64,000 bases of DNA from the human T2T-CHM13v2.0 reference genome, Homo sapiens, in assembly GCF_009914755.1 (NCBI RefSeq), contig NC_060940.1. One strand, given 5' to 3'. Position numbers and translations under genes: made by a program. Below, piece by piece: positions 58,452-64,000 of the stretch (positions are counted from its first letter, which is position 1; each line of letters opens with the position of its first letter). The notes under the pieces are model-generated. The model was not told the origin of the DNA. It ran no database searches and was given only the letters and a program-made list of their open reading frames with translations.

Positions 58452-59654
58452 CATTTTATTTCTTAAAAAATGTTATGGGTACATAGTGGGTGTATATATT
58501 TATGGAGTACATGAGATATTTTGGTACAGGCATTTAATGCATAATAATCGCATCAGGGTAAAATGAGGTTTCCATCACCTCAAGCATTCATCATTTCTTT
58601 CAACGTTCCTATTGTACTCCCTCAGTTATTCTAAAATGTACGACAAATTATTGCTGACTACAGTCACCCTGTTATGCTATCAAACACTAGATCTTACGCA
58701 TTCCATCTTAACTATATTTTTTACCCATTAACCCTCCCTATTTCCCAGCACCCTCTCTCACAACTACCCTTCCCAGACTCTAGTAACCATCCTTCTACTC
58801 TCTTCTGTGTTCAATTGTTTTAATTTTCAGCTCCCACAAAGAAGTAAAAAACATGCAAAGTTTGTCTTTCTATGCCTGGCTTATTTCACTTAACATAGTG
58901 ACCTTCAGTTTCATCCATGTTGTTGCAAATGACAGGATCTCATTCTTTTTATGGCTAAATAGTACTCCATTGTGTATATGCACCACATTTTCTTTATGCA
59001 TTAATCTGTTGATGAACACTTAGGTTGCTTCCAAATGTTGGCTATTATGAATAGTGCTGTAATAAACATGGGAGTGCAGATATCTCTTCAATATACTGAT
59101 TTCCCCTTCTTTGGGTATATAGTTGACAGCGGAATTGCTGGATCATATGGTAGTTCTATTTTTAATTTTTGAGGAACCTCCATACTGTTATCCATAGTGG
59201 CTGTATTAATTTACATTTCTACCAAAAAAGTACAGGGTTCCCCTTCCTCCACATCCTCCCCAGCATTCATAATTGCCTGTCTTTTGTAAAAAAGTCATTT
59301 TAGCTGGAGTGAGATAACTTATTGTAGTTTTGAATTTTATTTTTCTGACCATTAGTGATGTTGATCATGTTTTCATAGACCTCTTTGCCATTTGTATGTC
59401 TTCTTTTGAGAAATATCTATTCAGATCTTTTGCCAATTTTTTTAATTGGATTATTAGATCTTTTTCCCATTGAGTTGTTTGAGCTCCTTAAATATTCTGG
59501 TTATTAATCCCTTGCCAGATGGATAGTTTTTAAATATTTTCTGCCATTCTTTGGGTTGTCTCTTCGCTTTCTTGACCGTTTGCTGTGCAGAAGTTTTTTA
59601 ACCTGATGTGATCCCATTTGCCCATTTTGCTTTGGTTGCCTGTGCTGTCGGGGT
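58452..59654 (-). mobile_element. L1MA2/3-like 3' fragment inserted in an L2
   Basis: gggtacatagt.ggtgtatatatttatgg.gtacatgagatattttg.tacaggcat; TSD ca(t/c)gtaaattt. Confidence 0.9.
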
Positions 59655-60479
59655 CCACGTAAATTTTAATTTAGGGGGCTAAAAGTTCTCGGTAAAGGGA
59701 AATAGAAAAGCAAATGGCCTTTGACAGGAATGAACACATAGATGTAAGTGACAAGAGGCTGTGTAGCTGGAGACAGATTTGAAAGGAAGAAAATATGATT
59801 GACTTGGAGACACTGACATGGGCAGATAAGAACACAGGAGGACTTTAGAATGGAAGGTCCTAAGCAGGAAGGACAGTCTTATTTGTATCTTTAAAAAAGC
59901 TTACTCTGACAAGTCATTCTACCTCTTTGAGCCTCTGGTACATCCTCTATAAGATACAAGTAGTATTCTTTTTTTCACAGGGCTCTTAAGAAAGTTAAAT
60001 TCGATCTTGGACAGAAAGTACATGGCATACAGTAGGCACTCTATGAACATGAGCTGAACTTGAACATCTTGGGGGGAAGTAATAACACCACAGAGAGGAG
60101 GCAGGGAATGAAGGTATTGGAGATCTGTCCTCTTGAGCCTTGACGGCTCCTGCTTCTAAGAGAGGTCATGATCTTATGACAGTGCCTTCCCCAATCCCCT
60201 TATTTGGATATCCCATGGCTATGCAACAGCTGTGCCCCAACTAGTACCCCATGGTGGCTTCCAACAGCAAAACTAATTTGGTTGTGTCATGCTGAGATAT
60301 CCATCTTCTAATACAAATGTAACAGATTAGCATACAAAGAATGGACTGCTGTTGACCACAGGGAGTAGTAAGACTAACTTTAAGAAGCTTGAACAGCGTG
60401 CAGTCACTCCCCTACTGCTGTTGTTTTGTAGAGCATAAGAAGTGGGTGGAGTTGTTTCCAACAATAACAATCAAAGGAC

Positions 60480-60880
60480 CAAAGACCGGACCCATGAGCA
60501 CTGTGATTCTTCCCTGAGCATACAATAAACCAACTAGGCAATGTTTACCCAAAACAGCAACATAATCTCAGAAGCAGCAGTTCCACACATAGGTAACTTC
60601 CTATAGGTACTCACACTTTTAGGCAGAGATCTGTGCAAGGATGTTCAAGGCATTTTTTGCATGTAATGTCAAGAGATTAGGAACAAGCTAGGTGTCCATC
60701 AGAAGGGAATTGGTCACATCCATTAGGGTACATTTTCACCATGGATGCACATTCCATGCAACTGTTAGAAAACAAAACTGATTTACAGGTACCAACAAAT
60801 AATAATTTGAAAAACATGGCAGTAAATGAAGAAAGCAAGGTGTAGAACAGAGCACAGAGTTGGCTACCATTTGTGAATAA
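60480..60880 (+). mobile_element. Old L1ME 3' fragment
   Basis: cagcagttccac...tgtgcaaggatgttca..gca...gtccatcag.agggaa.tgg. Confidence 0.5.
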
Positions 60881-62322
60881 AAAGTAGTATATTTATTTGT
60901 TGGGTCTTTTTGGTGCCAGACATTGGAGATTTAGCAGTAAACAAAACAAGCCCTGGCTCCATTTAGCTTACACTCTGATGGAGAGAGACAGGCAATACAC
61001 TAATACAGATGAAAATACGTTATATGTCAAGTGCTGATAAAGTCCCGTATTTATGCTGGAATTTGGGTGAATCATGTCAATTTGCTGGTAAGTGACCACT
61101 TTGATCCATAAAGAAGGTGATTTTGAAAGGCTTAGCCAAATACATACTCAGACAAAATGATGTACAAGAAACAGCAATTCCTCCAGGAAGGAAGCTTAGA
61201 AGAAAAAATACTTGCTAGACACATACAGATGCTGATTTAATTTTTGTAATCCCATGTGGGTATTGCCTATTCAAAACAAATAAATATTTTTAAAAATGTA
61301 ATCATAGAAACACAATAGAGTTGACACACAGAGAGGTAGAAGGTAGGTAAGGATGAAGTGAGGATTAGGAGCTAAGAAGAGGTGAATTTTTTCAATGCAA
61401 AAGTAGGCAGGTGAGAGCGACATACTGTAATAGAGTATGCGCCACTCGAAACCATAAGTGCCCTTTTATTTGTGATTCGGCTCAATTCCCAAGGACGGCA
61501 CAACCCCTAGACTCAGACCAGGAAAGGCAGTGGTAACAAACAGGGAGACCTGGGCAGGATGGGGGTTGCAATAGAGTCTGTGCCTGAGCTCACCTGGGCA
61601 CCCACCCCACATGTTCCTCAAGGGTCTTGCTTGCAGGGAGCTCAGTGATATAAGCACAGATTGCAAAACTAAGCCTTCCCTTTATCACCCTCAGTGTTCC
61701 CAGTGCCTTGCTCAAATGAGAAAGAAAAAAAAAAAATCAACCTGCCAATCTGGTCTTTCCTGCAGTAAATGAAAACTAGCTCTGTTCCTGCATAGAACAG
61801 AAGAGTCCAGGCAGCTAAGTCACATGACCGGAGACAAACCAGGCAGAAAGAAGTCACGTGGGACCACAATGAACAAGAGGCAGAGACAGGCCGGATGATG
61901 GCCAAATGCACAATGAAACTGGAACTGAGGTTCCTAAAGATGCTGGCACAGCGTTGCACAGTCACTTGTCTTGGGCCAGACCAAAGCACAGTCCCCTCTA
62001 CTCTACGAGTGAGGAGCAAGGCCCAAAGAAACAAGCACGACTGTGAATTCTGTTTGAATTCCTGCTTTCTACTCCCTAGTACTGTGCCCTCAGGCACATA
62101 GATGAACATCTCAGTTCCTTTCTCCTTTCTGATAAGGGTAGAGAACAGCAAGGCCTACCTGGTTCTTTCCTTATTTTATTATTATCAAGCTGTTCATTTC
62201 AGCACATATATCTAGCTTTTACTTTGTACACTAATACAAGAAGAATCCTCACCTAGGTGAGTTTCCACAGCCTTATTTTTCTTAGTCCTCCAGAGTTTTC
62301 AAGAGAACCTTATTCCACAGAC

Positions 62323-62458
62323 AGGAAAAATAACTAATGGGTACTAGGCTTAATACCTGGGTGCTGAAATAATCTGTACTACAAACCCTTGGGATATCAG
62401 TTTACCTGTATAACAAACTTGCACATGAACCCTCGAACTTAATATAAAAGTTTTAAAA
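62323..62458 (+). mobile_element. L1PA15/16-like 3' stub inside a MIR
   Basis: aaaataactaatgggtactaggcttaatacctgggtg.tgaaataatctgtac. Confidence 0.85.
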
Positions 62459-62816
62459 GGATAACATTTGGAACCTGGAGAGCATTAGCAATAGTACCTA
62501 CCTGTAAAAATGTTGTAAAATTAAATAAGATCATGTATAGGAACTGTTTAATATACTTCATAGTACTTTATAGGTACTTCATAGGTTCATAAATGCTTCC
62601 CACCGTTATTATTGCACTGTGAATACTATGGATTTGCAGCATTAACAAGTGATGACTAGGACTCAGCTCAGAGAGGAGGAGAGGAGAGGCTACTGAAGGT
62701 TCATGCCTCCACCCCCAGGTACGTGCTGAAAAAGGAATATCTCCCCTTGCTCCTCCAGAATTCTTACCTTGTCTCTCCAGGGAGGCCATGTATTTATACT
62801 GCACTGGTCTCTTCAC

Positions 62817-62923
62817 CAGGACTGCTATGCTGCACAACTCCAGGGGGCAGCAATCATATTATATCCTGTGAGCATAGTCCTCCACCCCACCCTTCACCTG
62901 AAGTTGTGGAACATGGTGTCCCC
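62817..62923. mobile_element. MER91-like palindromic hAT MITE
   Basis: Left arm caggactgctatgctgcacaactccagggggc; degenerate right arm cctgaagttgtggaacatggtgtccc. Confidence 0.65.
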
Positions 62924-64000
62924 ATGTGCTAAACGTTCAGGCTTGCTGGGTTATTCCTGTAACATTTGTTCTATATCCCAGTCCAACTTTTCATGGTGAC
63001 ATCCAAAGTTCCCAGCCACCAATGCCAGACTCTTCTTTAGCATCAGTAACCCCACAAACAACTGGGAAGAATACTTATCTACCTTCCCCACTCTTTCTTA
63101 TTTATGAATCAGTTTGAAATTACACGGTAATAGTTGTGCCTGCATTTTGAAGATGGCTCTTATCAGTAATTACAGATGTATGTTAAACTAAGTTTTTAAT
63201 GCTAAGATTATCTTCCCAGGTGTTTACATTAGAAAGAATTCTAGATTTGGAGATAAGTGGACACAAGTTCACCCCTGAATATTTAGTAAGGTGCTAAGGT
63301 ACCTGTGGGATTGCCTGAGTTGTGACTCTTAAGACATTGCAAGTAAAAAGTTACAACTGACATCAGCATCCAACCATTCTTCTGTAAGTAGCAATATTCT
63401 ATTTCCTTTTGCCTTGGTGGGTCCATCAGTCTACGTGTCTACTCTCCCAGGGCCAAGGCGGGACCCAAATCAACCACTCATTCTCCAAACATTTCCAACA
63501 CAGGAGGAAAAACACAAGGTCAGGGCCGATTCACTGACTGCTGTGTGCTGAAGTAACTGCCTGTCAGATCCTCCTTCATGGATCCCTAGAGAGGCTCTCC
63601 TTATTCATTGCAGATGCACGCTTTTTGCAGAGCACCCTTGAAACATGCTAATTAATTATTTTTTTTTAATCTAAGTTACCCAGTGTTGGTTTCATCTACC
63701 TGCTGCCCTACTGCAGAATCAGAAAGTGGGAATCTGCTTTGTGGCGGGATGACGTTCACCAAGCATCGTTCAGGGCTGGTTCACCATGATGCCTGTCCAA
63801 ACCCCTGAGCACCTAGTGTCTGTACCACACATGTAAGTACTTAATCACATGCTACACCAAGCTGCTCATAGTTTCACCCTATAACTCTTGTCTCTGCAGA
63901 CAGACAAAAGCTTTTCTGGAGGCTGGAGACCATAGCATAGATAAGAGGTCCTCAAAACTAATGGATCATGAGCAGCTGTGAGGTGTGATGCACTAATTAG

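Noticed and set aside
62248-62261. 14-bp palindrome ctcacctaggtgag (donor-like on both strands)
   Set aside because: About four palindromes of this length are expected by chance in 64 kb.

Overview
This is CpG-depleted primate (human-like) non-coding genomic DNA, either intronic or intergenic. I could not identify the locus. I found no supportable protein-coding gene, RNA gene, CpG island, CRISPR array or prokaryotic feature. Much of the window is transposon fossil: about 13 Alus plus a monomer, L1 fragments of many ages, L2/MIR, solo LTRs (LTR8, LTR2C, THE1C, MLT1) and DNA MITEs (MADE1, MER5, MER20, MER33, MER58, MER91, MER102). The only recognisable protein-like ORFs are broken L1 ORF2 C-termini. 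I see no evidence of a new multi-gene system. The best leads are structural or regulatory: a four-level nested L1 cluster that makes a ~500-bp near-palindrome; an L1 tail replaced by a (CG)9(CA)16 Z-DNA tract; an AP-1 triplet built by local duplication and inversion; back-to-back ERV1 LTRs; a candidate 11-nt microexon and a recursive-type splice site; and RFX, CTCF and CRE motif candidates. Subfamily names come from remembered consensus sequences and need RepeatMasker/Dfam confirmation. Boundaries of old repeats are approximate.
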